64,000 bases of DNA, taken from the IMG/VR virus record IMGVR_UViG_3300042566_000478, positions 1-64,000 of that record. The stretch is one strand, 5' to 3'. The number at the start of each line of letters is the position of its first letter. The first letter of the stretch is position 1. The notes under the pieces were generated by a model. It had not been told where the DNA came from. It made no database searches and worked only from the letters and a program-made list of their open reading frames with translations. The translations under genes were made by a program, and so were the position numbers. Source of the DNA: a virus. This document shows, in pieces, positions 8,982 to 17,383 of this stretch.

Positions 8982-9487
8982 TAGAAGTGGAAATCCCAAA
9001 TCACGGCGTACTGGTTTTCTGGCTTGTCAGTAACACGAGTGCGAAACGCTTTCAAGTTTGCGCTGTGGTACTCAATGTCAAACACTTGTGTTTGGTAGTC
9101 GTAACCCTGCGGTTCAGCAAGTTCAAGTGCTTTCTTTGCTCGGTACACCGCCAGATAATCATCACCAAAGTAATCCTTATCATCTGACTCGTTTTTCTTA
9201 CCGATGGCTACAAGTTCGGAGATGGTGTAACTACCAACTTGTTCAATGAATCGTTCAAGGTCTGATTCCATTGAATCTTGCCACAGTTTGATTTTCTTCT
9301 CAAAGAGTTCTTCGTTGCCTTTGTAACAGAGAATGTTTGAACCATCAAACTCTCCATCCCATCTTCCACCGATTTCACTCCAGTCTGACCAAGCATCCTG
9401 AGCGTATAATTGAACGAAATCAGTTACTTTGTTTTCTGCTTCTGTCTTGTCAGTTGCTTCAACTAACAAAATGTGTCCGATATGCAT
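8981..9487 (-). CDS. hypothetical protein (WSDWSEIGGRWDG ... DFH family)
   Basis: DW..IGGRW.G and terminal D.H motif seen in phage/plasmid proteins; AAGGAG RBS. Confidence 0.8.
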   Translation of the reverse strand: MHIGHILLVEATDKTEAENKVTDFVQLYAQDAWSDWSEIGGRWDGEFDGSNILCYKGNEELFEKKIKLWQDSMESDLERFIEQVGSYTISELVAIGKKNESDDKDYFGDDYLAVYRAKKALELAEPQGYDYQTQVFDIEYHSANLKAFRTRVTDKPENQYAVIWDFHF

Positions 9488-9497
9488 GATGTCTCCT

Positions 9498-10181
9498 TTA
9501 TTGGGTTTGGGTTTGCTTAGACAACTTTACAGGTGCTGGAAGAGAAAGCAACGCCTCTTCCAACATTTTTCCAATCTCTTCCTGAACAAGTTCTTCCATC
9601 TCGTAATGAACTTCTCCAGTATCGTCATTTGACATTCTCTTGAAGATGTCAATCCACTTTTCATCTTCTGAGTTTGCAATGTCAATGAACGATTCAAAGA
9701 ACTGACCGCCACGATAGTGAGCAGTCAATCCGTAAAAACCCATGCCCATCTCTTCATATGTTTCAATGAATGCGAGAGTTGGGTAGAGAGTGCTGATGTA
9801 CTGCCACAATGGTGAACAAGGTGACCACGCAGTTTGATAACTAAACTCTGCGTAGTTTCGTGTAATGAGGTTCTGGTAAATCTCTGCTGGTGACCACTTA
9901 GTTCCCCAGTTGGCAATGTTCCAGTCGTACCAATCTTTGTAACCGTACATTACAATGTTTTCTGCTTGTTTCTTCTCGTGCGCTTCTTTTTCTGGGCTAC
10001 CTTCGGCGTACCATCCTGAAACTGTGTTTGCCAATGCATCTGGTGTTGGGTGCAGTCTGGTGAAATCGTAGATTGATTCATCATCCGTATTGCATCCATC
10101 AATTCTGACCCAATGCAAAAAGTCCGAAAGTTCGGTTGCATCTCCAACCACATTGATTGTGTTGTTGCAGTAATTAGGCAT
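9498..10181 (-). CDS. DUF1281/YubB ferredoxin-like (Api92-like) protein
   Basis: MPNYCNN, WYDWNIANWGTKW, QTAWSP, YEEMGMGFYG. Confidence 0.85.
   Translation of the reverse strand: MPNYCNNTINVVGDATELSDFLHWVRIDGCNTDDESIYDFTRLHPTPDALANTVSGWYAEGSPEKEAHEKKQAENIVMYGYKDWYDWNIANWGTKWSPAEIYQNLITRNYAEFSYQTAWSPCSPLWQYISTLYPTLAFIETYEEMGMGFYGLTAHYRGGQFFESFIDIANSEDEKWIDIFKRMSNDDTGEVHYEMEELVQEEIGKMLEEALLSLPAPVKLSKQTQTQ
9524..9551 (-). promoter_or_regulatory. promoter for 8981-9487
   Basis: TTGCTT-16 nt-TAAAGT followed by AAACCCAAACCCAA leader. Confidence 0.5.
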
Positions 10182-10497
10182 TTTCCTCTTCCTCTTCTTC
10201 TTCTTCGTAGATATCTACTTGGATTTCCATGTACTCCTGTGTGCATGGGTTTTCGGTAACAAAGTATCCGATGCGATTGATGTAATGAAAGCCACTCATA
10301 ATCCATGTGCCTTCGTCACCATCTACCCATGTCCAAATGTTTGCATCTGGTTGTTTGGCAATGAAAGCCAAATCTTCTCCATAGGTTTCAAACATCGTGC
10401 CATTCCAACCCATGTCACCATTTGGGTTTTGAATTGGTTTGAATGTTGTTTCCCACAACTCCAAATCCTTTTCCATTTCTGTTGTGATTCTAGCCAT
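10174..10497 (-). CDS. hypothetical protein
   Basis: FETYG...IWTWVDGD...GFHYINRIGYF motif common in phage early genes. Confidence 0.8.
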   Translation of the reverse strand: MARITTEMEKDLELWETTFKPIQNPNGDMGWNGTMFETYGEDLAFIAKQPDANIWTWVDGDEGTWIMSGFHYINRIGYFVTENPCTQEYMEIQVDIYEEEEEEEENA

Positions 10498-10691
10498 TAC
10501 TCCTCCTCCTTCAAGAGTTCAACCATTTCGTACAACACTTGTTGTAGCACCTCGTTACCCAATTCCACAACCCGTTCGTGAACATAACCTTCAACTTCTT
10601 CCATTGCTTCAATGCACTCGGCTTTTGACCAATGTGGGTACATTGCTTTCGCATCTTCCCAAGACCACTTGACTACAACTTCACTTGCCAT
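10497..10691 (-). CDS. hypothetical protein
   Basis: 64-aa ORF, AAGGAG RBS. Confidence 0.7.
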   Translation of the reverse strand: MASEVVVKWSWEDAKAMYPHWSKAECIEAMEEVEGYVHERVVELGNEVLQQVLYEMVELLKEEE

Positions 10692-10809
10692 TGCGCTTCT
10701 CCTTTGCTTTGAAATAAAAAGTTGTTTGAATTACTCCGTATGCGATACCCATCCACATATAAAGTGTTTCTGTTTTGAATGTGACTGTTACATCTGCAAG
10801 AATTGACAT
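10681..10809 (-). CDS. small hypothetical protein (42 aa)
   Basis: read manually: MSILADVTVTFKTETLYMWMGIAYG...; TAATG coupling. Confidence 0.45.
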   Translation of the reverse strand: MSILADVTVTFKTETLYMWMGIAYGVIQTTFYFKAKEKRNGK

Positions 10810-10982
10810 TACAGAGTTTCTCCTTCTTCAACTGCTTCTACACTCTGAAACTCACGAGTTTCAAAAAGAAACACACCTTTGTCTGATGCGTGTTCTTGTG
10901 CTGTGAATGAACTGTCTGCTTCAATCTCATACACATCAGTTTCAATGTATGTGTAATACACACGGTACTTCTGGAGTTTCAT
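10809..10982 (-). CDS. small hypothetical protein (57 aa)
   Basis: read manually: MKLQKYRVYYTYIETDVYEIEADS...; TAATG coupling. Confidence 0.65.
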   Translation of the reverse strand: MKLQKYRVYYTYIETDVYEIEADSSFTAQEHASDKGVFLFETREFQSVEAVEEGETL

Positions 10983-11218
10983 TAGAACTCACCTTCCCCT
11001 GTGATTGAGAAATAAAGAAAGTTCCACACTTGCTCGTTTATGGTTTCGTAACCACCGCTACAGTCAAACTCAGCGACTGCTTTTACCCACTCTTTTGAAT
11101 CTGCTTTCAATGGTTCATCATCGTCATCCGTAAAAAGATTTGATTCCCACCATGAACACGCAATCTCTTCGTCTGGGTTGAGTTCGCTGAGTAACCCAAT
11201 CACCTTGCTTACCTTCAT
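10982..11218 (-). CDS. hypothetical protein
   Basis: start MKVSKVIGLL behind AAGGAG. Confidence 0.7.
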   Translation of the reverse strand: MKVSKVIGLLSELNPDEEIACSWWESNLFTDDDDEPLKADSKEWVKAVAEFDCSGGYETINEQVWNFLYFSITGEGEF

Positions 11219-11247
11219 GTCTTCTCCTTTGGTTGTTCGTGTATGGA

Positions 11248-11276
11248 ACACTACAGACATCTGAATGGAATAGCAA
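11248..11276 (-). promoter_or_regulatory. sigma70-type promoter
   Basis: TTGCTA-17 nt-TAGTGT (octamer variant TGTAGTGT). Confidence 0.65.
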
Positions 11277-11293
11277 CCACCATTTCAAACTTT

Positions 11294-11728
11294 TTATCCA
11301 GCCTTACCCCGTGTGGCTTTTCCAAGAAACCCGTTTGCTCTGGCAAGCATTACTCGCTTGGCTGATGTGGACTTAGAGATACTGAATGCTTTAGCAACAG
11401 CCTCAATAGGTGACACTCCATAGTTCAATGCATCTTTGTAGATTCGGGCAACTTCTTCCAGAAGGTCATCTGGCAATGTTGCGCCACGCTGTGCGCCTTT
11501 GAGTGTTGCTTTGAAATCTGGTTTAGGAAGAATACTTGCGAGAGCATCTTTTGCTAATTGCACGATTGGTACTCGTCTGTAAATCTCCACCGTAATGGTG
11601 TTGTTATCAACTGATGTAATGCCGACACCTGTGAAGCGAAGCATTCCTCCAATTTTTGTGAACTTGATATTGACATCAAATTGCTGTTTGGTAACTGGGT
11701 CAATCCATGTGAAAGTTTCTGAGTTCAT
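11294..11728 (-). CDS. HTH DNA-binding protein
   Basis: EVARIYKDAL...PIEAVAKAFSISKSTSAKRVMLARANGFL C-terminal HTH. Confidence 0.75.
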   Translation of the reverse strand: MNSETFTWIDPVTKQQFDVNIKFTKIGGMLRFTGVGITSVDNNTITVEIYRRVPIVQLAKDALASILPKPDFKATLKGAQRGATLPDDLLEEVARIYKDALNYGVSPIEAVAKAFSISKSTSAKRVMLARANGFLGKATRGKAG

Positions 11729-12027
11729 TGTTTGTTCCTCTTACTGCGAAGGTCTTTTCGCTTTCGTGCTGTAGTACCGCCCCAGATACCTAATTCGTAA
11801 TTATCTAATGCAAAGTTGAGACAACTTTGTTTGACAGAGCAGACATTACAAAACTGTTCAATAACAACTTTGTAGTGACCACCAGCAGAACCTTTTTCTG
11901 GGAAGAATTGGTCTGCATCAACTCCTCTGCAAGCACCTTTCTCCATCCATGTCATTGGTTCACGAAGAATAAGTGTTTTGCGAATCTCTTCTTGTTGATT
12001 GATGTAAATGCTCTGTGCTGAACTCAA
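11725..12027 (-). CDS. whiB: WhiB-family transcription factor
   Basis: W...GAC, FFP, CNVCSVKQSC, GIWGG; TTG start behind GGAGG (alternative ATG 11955). Confidence 0.9.
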   Translation of the reverse strand: MSSAQSIYINQQEEIRKTLILREPMTWMEKGACRGVDADQFFPEKGSAGGHYKVVIEQFCNVCSVKQSCLNFALDNYELGIWGGTTARKRKDLRSKRNKQ

Positions 12028-12356
12028 ACTGCTTCCTCCATTTCCCAGAAGCCAAAGCAAGCACCATCGGAATCTAATGTTCCAAAGGTGCATCCTTCTG
12101 GTGCGATTGCATCCATCACATTGAAGAGATGGTCTACGAGAAACATTTCTTGTTCCTCGTCACGGACTGCTTTGGGGTCAATCATTGCGAACAGGACATC
12201 GTTCCAATCGTCAAGGATTGCTTCTTTGATTTTTGGGTCGTGTTCCCCGATGACTGCAAGGAAGGCTTTTGCCAAATCCTCGGTACGGAGTGTTCCTTCA
12301 GAAACGATGGAGTTTACCCACACATCTCCCAAAGGCTTGATGTTTTCGTAAGACAT
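12024..12356 (-). CDS. hypothetical protein
   Basis: SEGTLRTEDL...APEGCTFG..DSDGACFGFW motif seen in phage proteins. Confidence 0.8.
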   Translation of the reverse strand: MSYENIKPLGDVWVNSIVSEGTLRTEDLAKAFLAVIGEHDPKIKEAILDDWNDVLFAMIDPKAVRDEEQEMFLVDHLFNVMDAIAPEGCTFGTLDSDGACFGFWEMEEAV

Positions 12357-12380
12357 ACTTGCTCCTTCTGTAGGAGCATC

Positions 12381-12409
12381 ACATTACAGGTTCAGAACGG
12401 AAGTGGCAA
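12381..12409 (-). promoter_or_regulatory. sigma70-type promoter overlapping an octamer copy
   Basis: TTGCCA-17 nt-TAATGT. Confidence 0.7.
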
Positions 12410-12411
12410 CT

Positions 12412-12567
12412 CTATTCTGAGTCTTTTTTGCCGTGTTGAATCATGGGCAAATACTTTTCAGGAAGGGTACTTCCACCGCATTGGTGCATCGGTGGGTAAT
12501 TAGTTTTCACATACAAAATTACTTTGTGGTCACACCAAGGACAAAGATATGTCGTACCTTTATTCAC
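12412..12567 (-). CDS. small Zn-ribbon-like protein (51 aa)
   Basis: read manually: MNKGTTYLCPWCDHKVILYVKTNYPPMHQC...; GTG overlaps upstream TAG. Confidence 0.5.
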   Translation of the reverse strand: MNKGTTYLCPWCDHKVILYVKTNYPPMHQCGGSTLPEKYLPMIQHGKKDSE

Positions 12568-13100
12568 TATAAACTCCAATGCCTCAATCCACCGTTATCA
12601 AGTAAATACTTGCTCACTTTTAGGTTACAGTCAAGTGTTCTCAAAAGTTTGATTCCACCACCACAAATGTTCTTTGTTACGGTCTGCCATGAAGAATTGA
12701 CCTGTAGCAAGCCACTATCGTATGAGCCGTTCTTGTTCAATGTCCAAATGATTTTGCCATTGGCATTCCACTTAGCATTTACTGCATCTGGGTTGCATCC
12801 GCTTTCACGCCATGCAATGTACGAAAACACCTGCACAGGGAGCAAACCGTAGTCACGGAATGCCTGCTCAAATTGAGGGCATCGCCTGGTTTTATCTGAA
12901 GGGATGCGCTTATCTTCAGGTTCTGGAATTGTTGTAGTTGTAGTTGGCACAATCAAGTAAGGCTCAACTGAAATTGGGTGCTTTGGGTAAACAGATTCTG
13001 GTGTATTTGCTGTGCTTGGGGACATTACAGAAAAGATGGAGGCGAGAACAAGATTCCCTGTCAGCGCAACCGTTTTGAGTATTTCCGACAATCTAAGCAT
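12567..13100 (-). CDS. secreted lytic transglycosylase (SLT/lysozyme-like)
   Basis: signal peptide, poly-Thr linker, IAWRESGC catalytic Glu, DSGLLQVN, CNL...W. Confidence 0.8.
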   Translation of the reverse strand: MLRLSEILKTVALTGNLVLASIFSVMSPSTANTPESVYPKHPISVEPYLIVPTTTTTIPEPEDKRIPSDKTRRCPQFEQAFRDYGLLPVQVFSYIAWRESGCNPDAVNAKWNANGKIIWTLNKNGSYDSGLLQVNSSWQTVTKNICGGGIKLLRTLDCNLKVSKYLLDNGGLRHWSL

Positions 13101-13123
13101 TCATTATCCTTTGTTCGGGTAAT

Positions 13124-13208
13124 AAAAAAGCCCCATCCATTGAAGTATGGGGCGCAAGGCTCGGTATGGGGAGCACTACAAGTTTACACCAAATTAGCCT
13201 TCTAGCAA
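13124..13208 (-). promoter_or_regulatory. promoter plus short structured leader ending in a terminator
   Basis: TTGCTA-16 nt-TAAACT; hairpins 13159-13174 and 13130-13153 with T6 tail. Confidence 0.55.
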
Positions 13209-13607
13209 CCTCTGGAGCAGTATTTTTAGGTCAGGAAGTTCTTCTCCTATAAGGGGAATAATATCTACATCTATTTCATTGCGTAATGGGCGTGTTGTGT
13301 GAGCCCAATCACAATCATCACAAGCACAGCCTTGACGAAAGCGTACAACTGTTCCATGTTCAGCAAGATTGTTTGTTGTGTCCTTCTGTAGCGGTACACG
13401 CTCTTGTGGTGTTAGTCCACCCCACACTCCATATGTTTCTTTTCTTCCTATTGAGAGACACTCATCCCAAACAGGGCAGACATTACAAACTTGTTTTGCA
13501 ATGAGATAATTTATTTCTGGAGTTTGTGCGTCAAATGGTGGAAAGAAAATATCTCCATGCATTTTTCTGCACAGAGCATCCGACATCCATTCGGGAGTTT
13601 CTATCAC
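13194..13607 (-). CDS. whiB: WhiB-family transcription factor with C-terminal Cys/His extension
   Basis: WMSDALC, FFPP, CNVCPVWDEC, YGVWGG; extension HGT...GCACDDC. Confidence 0.9.
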   Translation of the reverse strand: MIETPEWMSDALCRKMHGDIFFPPFDAQTPEINYLIAKQVCNVCPVWDECLSIGRKETYGVWGGLTPQERVPLQKDTTNNLAEHGTVVRFRQGCACDDCDWAHTTRPLRNEIDVDIIPLIGEELPDLKILLQRLLEG

Positions 13608-13930
13608 TAGTGTTTCTCTCGGTACAAAACAAGAGCAATGATTGCGTATGACGCTAGGTCAATAAGAGAATCTTCAATTCCTTCGTTGCGAAGTTTGCTA
13701 CCTTTCGCTGCGGATTGCAGACGAATCACTTTGTCGTTTGCACGAATGAGTGTTCCAACCCAAGCAGGTACTCCCCAGTCAGTTGATGCACGAACATTTG
13801 CAAGAGGGTCTTCACCTGTTCCGTAATCACTACCTTTTTTTTCATGCATCTCTCCCAACTCTTGGAGTATGCGATAAAACTCTGGGTGTCCTGTTCTGTC
13901 CACGATTATTCTGCTCCGTTTTCTGTCCAC
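13607..13930 (-). CDS. DUF1599 / nucleotide-modification-associated domain protein
   Basis: KKGSDYG...DPLANV...DKVIRL...EGIEDSLIDLASYAII. Confidence 0.8.
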   Translation of the reverse strand: MDRKRSRIIVDRTGHPEFYRILQELGEMHEKKGSDYGTGEDPLANVRASTDWGVPAWVGTLIRANDKVIRLQSAAKGSKLRNEGIEDSLIDLASYAIIALVLYREKH

Positions 13931-14328
13931 TCTTCAAGACTGTCCATACCGTAAAAAATTGGCATTTCCAACCTTTCTGCTTCTTTTATTTCTTCAATCG
14001 CTTCGTAGGCTTCAAACACCAGAACAGCGTCACAACGCTTCATTACTTGAAAGCAATACTCATTCCAAAACTCTGTACTGTTGGGGTACTTTTGATTCCA
14101 GAAACCACAGGTAAGCACAGGAATTACTGGTAGACATATTCCAGAGGTGTACAACTCTTCTGCTAGGTCAATAGCATCTTGGTAATTGTCATCTATATTG
14201 TCACGGTGATATGGCCCAACAACATACACATGAGGAAGAAGAATGTGAGCCAAGGTTCTCATAAACTCTTTGTTTACTCCTTCTACCATGATGTCTTCGG
14301 AGTAGTTTCTTAGAACGAAATCCCCCAT
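13906..14328 (-). CDS. DUF1937/DUF4406-like (nucleoside deoxyribosyltransferase fold) protein
   Basis: VYVVGPY, PVIP, CDAVLV, EIKEAERLEMPIFY. Confidence 0.65.
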   Translation of the reverse strand: MGDFVLRNYSEDIMVEGVNKEFMRTLAHILLPHVYVVGPYHRDNIDDNYQDAIDLAEELYTSGICLPVIPVLTCGFWNQKYPNSTEFWNEYCFQVMKRCDAVLVFEAYEAIEEIKEAERLEMPIFYGMDSLEEWTENGAE

Positions 14329-14405
14329 TACGAATGCCTGTTCATATTAGAACGAATAGCCATGTAGTAGCAAGCAAGTGCGAGAACAATGAATACCTTT
14401 GTCAT
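14328..14405 (-). CDS. 25-aa hydrophobic peptide
   Basis: MTKVFIVLALACYYMAIRSNMNRHS; fills the gap with coupled start and stop. Confidence 0.35.
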   Translation of the reverse strand: MTKVFIVLALACYYMAIRSNMNRHS

Positions 14406-14626
14406 CACTTTTCCTGCAACCACTTCAGACCATTACGAAGATATACGGTGGCATAACAGAACGCCATGAATATAAATCCGTATTGTTTGGTTTGGATGGC
14501 AAAAATAATCCAAAGCAATTCATTGACTGAAAGAAAAAAGAATGCGTGGGCGTGTTTTTTGCCAACATACCACATCCCTGTAACGCCGAAGATGGCAAGC
14601 ACCCACGACCATATTTGTTCACTCAT
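14405..14626 (-). CDS. small membrane protein, PnuC-like three-helix unit
   Basis: WSWVLAIFGVTG...LWIIFAIQTKQYG...YLRNGLKW. Confidence 0.65.
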   Translation of the reverse strand: MSEQIWSWVLAIFGVTGMWYVGKKHAHAFFFLSVNELLWIIFAIQTKQYGFIFMAFCYATVYLRNGLKWLQEK

Positions 14627-14669
14627 TTTGTACTCCTAATATCCGTATTAGGAGTACATTAGTACAGAT

Positions 14670-14909
14670 TTACTTGTCTGTACTCCAAGCGTGAACTGAT
14701 TGAATCAGAACACCCAAAACATCGTCAGGGTTTTCATCCTCATTGACCAAAGACTGGCAATAGGTGGAAGCGGACTTAGCAACACTTTCTGCTTTTTCCA
14801 ACTTCTTAGCCATTGATTCAATCATCTGGCGAAGGGCTTGCTTGTCATCGTATGCACGAGCAAGTGATACCTGTAGGTCTTGAATTACTGCAAACTCAAA
14901 TGACTCCAT
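14670..14909 (-). CDS. hypothetical coiled-coil protein
   Basis: ORF track; GAGAGG RBS. Confidence 0.65.
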   Translation of the reverse strand: MESFEFAVIQDLQVSLARAYDDKQALRQMIESMAKKLEKAESVAKSASTYCQSLVNEDENPDDVLGVLIQSVHAWSTDK

Positions 14910-14961
14910 AAAACCTCTCTTTTTAGGTTATACACAAGCGTACAACCTATGAATGGTCTTG

Positions 14962-16398
14962 TCAAGCCTCATCCGATAGGTCAATGACATCCTGATACAT
15001 ACGGTCAGTCTGCTGGGCATTCAACCCACCTCCAGACAGTTGCCTCGTAGATTCCCCGACTGCTTGACCAAATATACGACTAAGCACCCCACTGCTTCCT
15101 CTGGCTTCTACCTCTAAGCGCATGACATCACGAGTATCCGATATGTCTTTGAACTTCTCTACCAAGTTGAACAGGCGTTCTACCTCATTGGACAACGCTG
15201 GGTCAAGACCTTGACCTTCTAGTTCTTCGGCAAAGCGAGCGAACAATACACGGCTCACTTGCATCTCCAGAAGAGCCCTCATCGCAGCCTGTAACTGGTC
15301 TTTAGTTTTGATTTCTACAGGCAACTTGAATCCACATTCTGAGTTCTCCTTGAATGCAGGACATCTGGCACTCAAATAGCAACTATTACATTGTCTGAAA
15401 AGACTACTTTGGTACTGAATTACAGGTACTTTTTCAATACCTATTTCTTCAGATTCTCCTTCTCCTGCAAGGGTTTGCGCTAATGGAGGAGTGTACTGCT
15501 CAATACCCATTACTGGTAGCAATACTTTGTCACCCTCGTGCCTCTTCTCAGACCCCCTAATAGTAATACTTGTACCCCCTGAAACCACATTTGGTGAAGT
15601 AGGCAAATTACTCAAATAGTTACTATTATCTTCATTTTCCGATAGACCTATTTCTTCTTCATCGTTGTCTTCTGATGGGTCATAGACCCCAAAAGCACCC
15701 TGCTCCCATGCTTGCCAAGACTTGATTGCCAACTTCGCAACTTCAGCGTTATCGTCTTGAACTATCTGTTCATAGTCAATTCCTAAACGAATAATGTCTG
15801 CTCGGTGTTTCTTTCGGGCAGAATCTTTTTGCTGTGCTGGGTAACGGCGTAAACCGTGACCATCCCATACTTGTGTTTCCCCGTAGCGAACTGCCGATGT
15901 CCATGAACCAACAAGAACAGAATCCCAAGGAAGGGATTCAATAATCTCTGGCTTTGACGACAAACCAATGAGTTTGGCATCCCACCTCTGAATGAGGTTT
16001 CGTATTCTGGAGATAGTTTTACCGTTTACAGCCTTGTCACTAATCGCAGCCCGACCATATCGCTGGCACAGGTAGGCAAGCCTTTCCATGTCATCTGGGT
16101 CATTCCATACTGGGATGTACCTCTCATTTAGCCATGCACCGTCATAATCAGGTCTTCCTATGATTGCAGTTAGGCTTTCGTAATGCTGGCGAATGAAATC
16201 GTCATAGCGAGTAACATCTTCATCATTCTCGGAAGTGTAAAGAATTACCTCGTTCCCACCGAACATTACAGATAAATCAAGTTCTTTTTTCTTGGGAACA
16301 GCCAAATGAGTCAGATTTATAGCAAAGCGAGTTACACCAGCATTCTGGAGAAGCGACCTGTGGGATGACTTTTCGGCATTAGCAAAGTAAATCTTCAT
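14962..16398 (-). CDS. TGT/DpdA-like TIM-barrel protein (degenerate) fused to a Cys-rich C-terminal domain
   Basis: MKIYFA, YIPVW, PWDSVLVGSWTSAVRYG resemble phage TGT-like proteins; CNSCYLSARCPAF..ECGF. Confidence 0.5.
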   Translation of the reverse strand: MKIYFANAEKSSHRSLLQNAGVTRFAINLTHLAVPKKKELDLSVMFGGNEVILYTSENDEDVTRYDDFIRQHYESLTAIIGRPDYDGAWLNERYIPVWNDPDDMERLAYLCQRYGRAAISDKAVNGKTISRIRNLIQRWDAKLIGLSSKPEIIESLPWDSVLVGSWTSAVRYGETQVWDGHGLRRYPAQQKDSARKKHRADIIRLGIDYEQIVQDDNAEVAKLAIKSWQAWEQGAFGVYDPSEDNDEEEIGLSENEDNSNYLSNLPTSPNVVSGGTSITIRGSEKRHEGDKVLLPVMGIEQYTPPLAQTLAGEGESEEIGIEKVPVIQYQSSLFRQCNSCYLSARCPAFKENSECGFKLPVEIKTKDQLQAAMRALLEMQVSRVLFARFAEELEGQGLDPALSNEVERLFNLVEKFKDISDTRDVMRLEVEARGSSGVLSRIFGQAVGESTRQLSGGGLNAQQTDRMYQDVIDLSDEA

Positions 16399-16880
16399 TC
16401 TGGCTCTTTCGTAGTCCTATACAGCGACTGTACTTCAATTTCACGAGTCAGGTCTGTCCACATCTGTTTTTCACGAGGTTTATCCTCACGCCATTCTGGG
16501 CGAACAAAGTTAGGCAACCCAACGAGAAGACATGGGATTGCTTCTTTCATAACGAGGGTTACTGCTTCTGGATTGGTATCTACATACCAGTCAATCTTTC
16601 CATAGGCGGCGTGAAGAGCCTTTACACGGTCACAAAGAGCCTTAGCCCCTGTACCACTTGCGACATCAACATGAGCAAACTTATACCCTTCACGCTTTGC
16701 CCACGATTCCAACATTTCTGCTGAAATACCATTATCGGCAAGAAGAATAACTCTTCCGTGGTATCGGGCAAATAACGCCTCATACAATTTTTGACCATCT
16801 GGAATGGGTTGTCGTGCGCCTGGAACTTGTGCTTTGTCAGTCTGTGCATATGCTACGACATCAAAAGTAACGATAAGCAT
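16395..16880 (-). CDS. HAD-fold-like protein
   Basis: LIVTFDVV N-terminal strand, WYVDTNP. Confidence 0.5.
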   Translation of the reverse strand: MLIVTFDVVAYAQTDKAQVPGARQPIPDGQKLYEALFARYHGRVILLADNGISAEMLESWAKREGYKFAHVDVASGTGAKALCDRVKALHAAYGKIDWYVDTNPEAVTLVMKEAIPCLLVGLPNFVRPEWREDKPREKQMWTDLTREIEVQSLYRTTKEPE

Positions 16881-17338
16881 CAGTCGTACATGCCCAACGC
16901 TTTACGCTCTTGTGTTGCTACATAGCCAGAACCTACTGGGCAGAAATGACAAAGGTACTGCCATTGTTCTTTAGGTACACCGACTTTGCGACCAATTGTT
17001 TTAGATTCGTCTTCCCAGTCAATGCAACTTCCTTTAGGCGCACCATGTCGCTGAAAACACTTAAGTGCCTCTACTTTGAGGTCATCACGAACTTCACGAA
17101 CCTCAATCTCGTTCTTCATCAACTCTTTTTTGATTCCAGTCTCACCATCAAGGGCATCATAGGTGGCTTGGTCACAACGGAAGATTTGAGACATGTGTGC
17201 TTCAGGGGCAGGATTTTGAGCACGAGCAAGGTGCATCTTAATGATTTCCTGCAACTCCATGTCATTGTCAGCGTTACCGTCATAATCACGCATTTTGTGC
17301 ATTGTTCCACAGGAATTGCAAACTAGAAGTCTTGGCAT
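16880..17338 (-). CDS. hypothetical Cys/His-rich protein
   Basis: CNSC, CFQRH, YLCHFCPV. Confidence 0.75.
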   Translation of the reverse strand: MPRLLVCNSCGTMHKMRDYDGNADNDMELQEIIKMHLARAQNPAPEAHMSQIFRCDQATYDALDGETGIKKELMKNEIEVREVRDDLKVEALKCFQRHGAPKGSCIDWEDESKTIGRKVGVPKEQWQYLCHFCPVGSGYVATQERKALGMYD

Positions 17339-17383
17339 GTTGTACTACTTTCTATGAACTTGTTATTTGCTGTAGTCTAGCAG

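Noticed and set aside
13124-13180. c-di-AMP (ydaO), preQ1 or another known riboswitch upstream of the transglycosylase
   Set aside because: Too short and lacks the consensus elements I know; kept only as an unknown leader.
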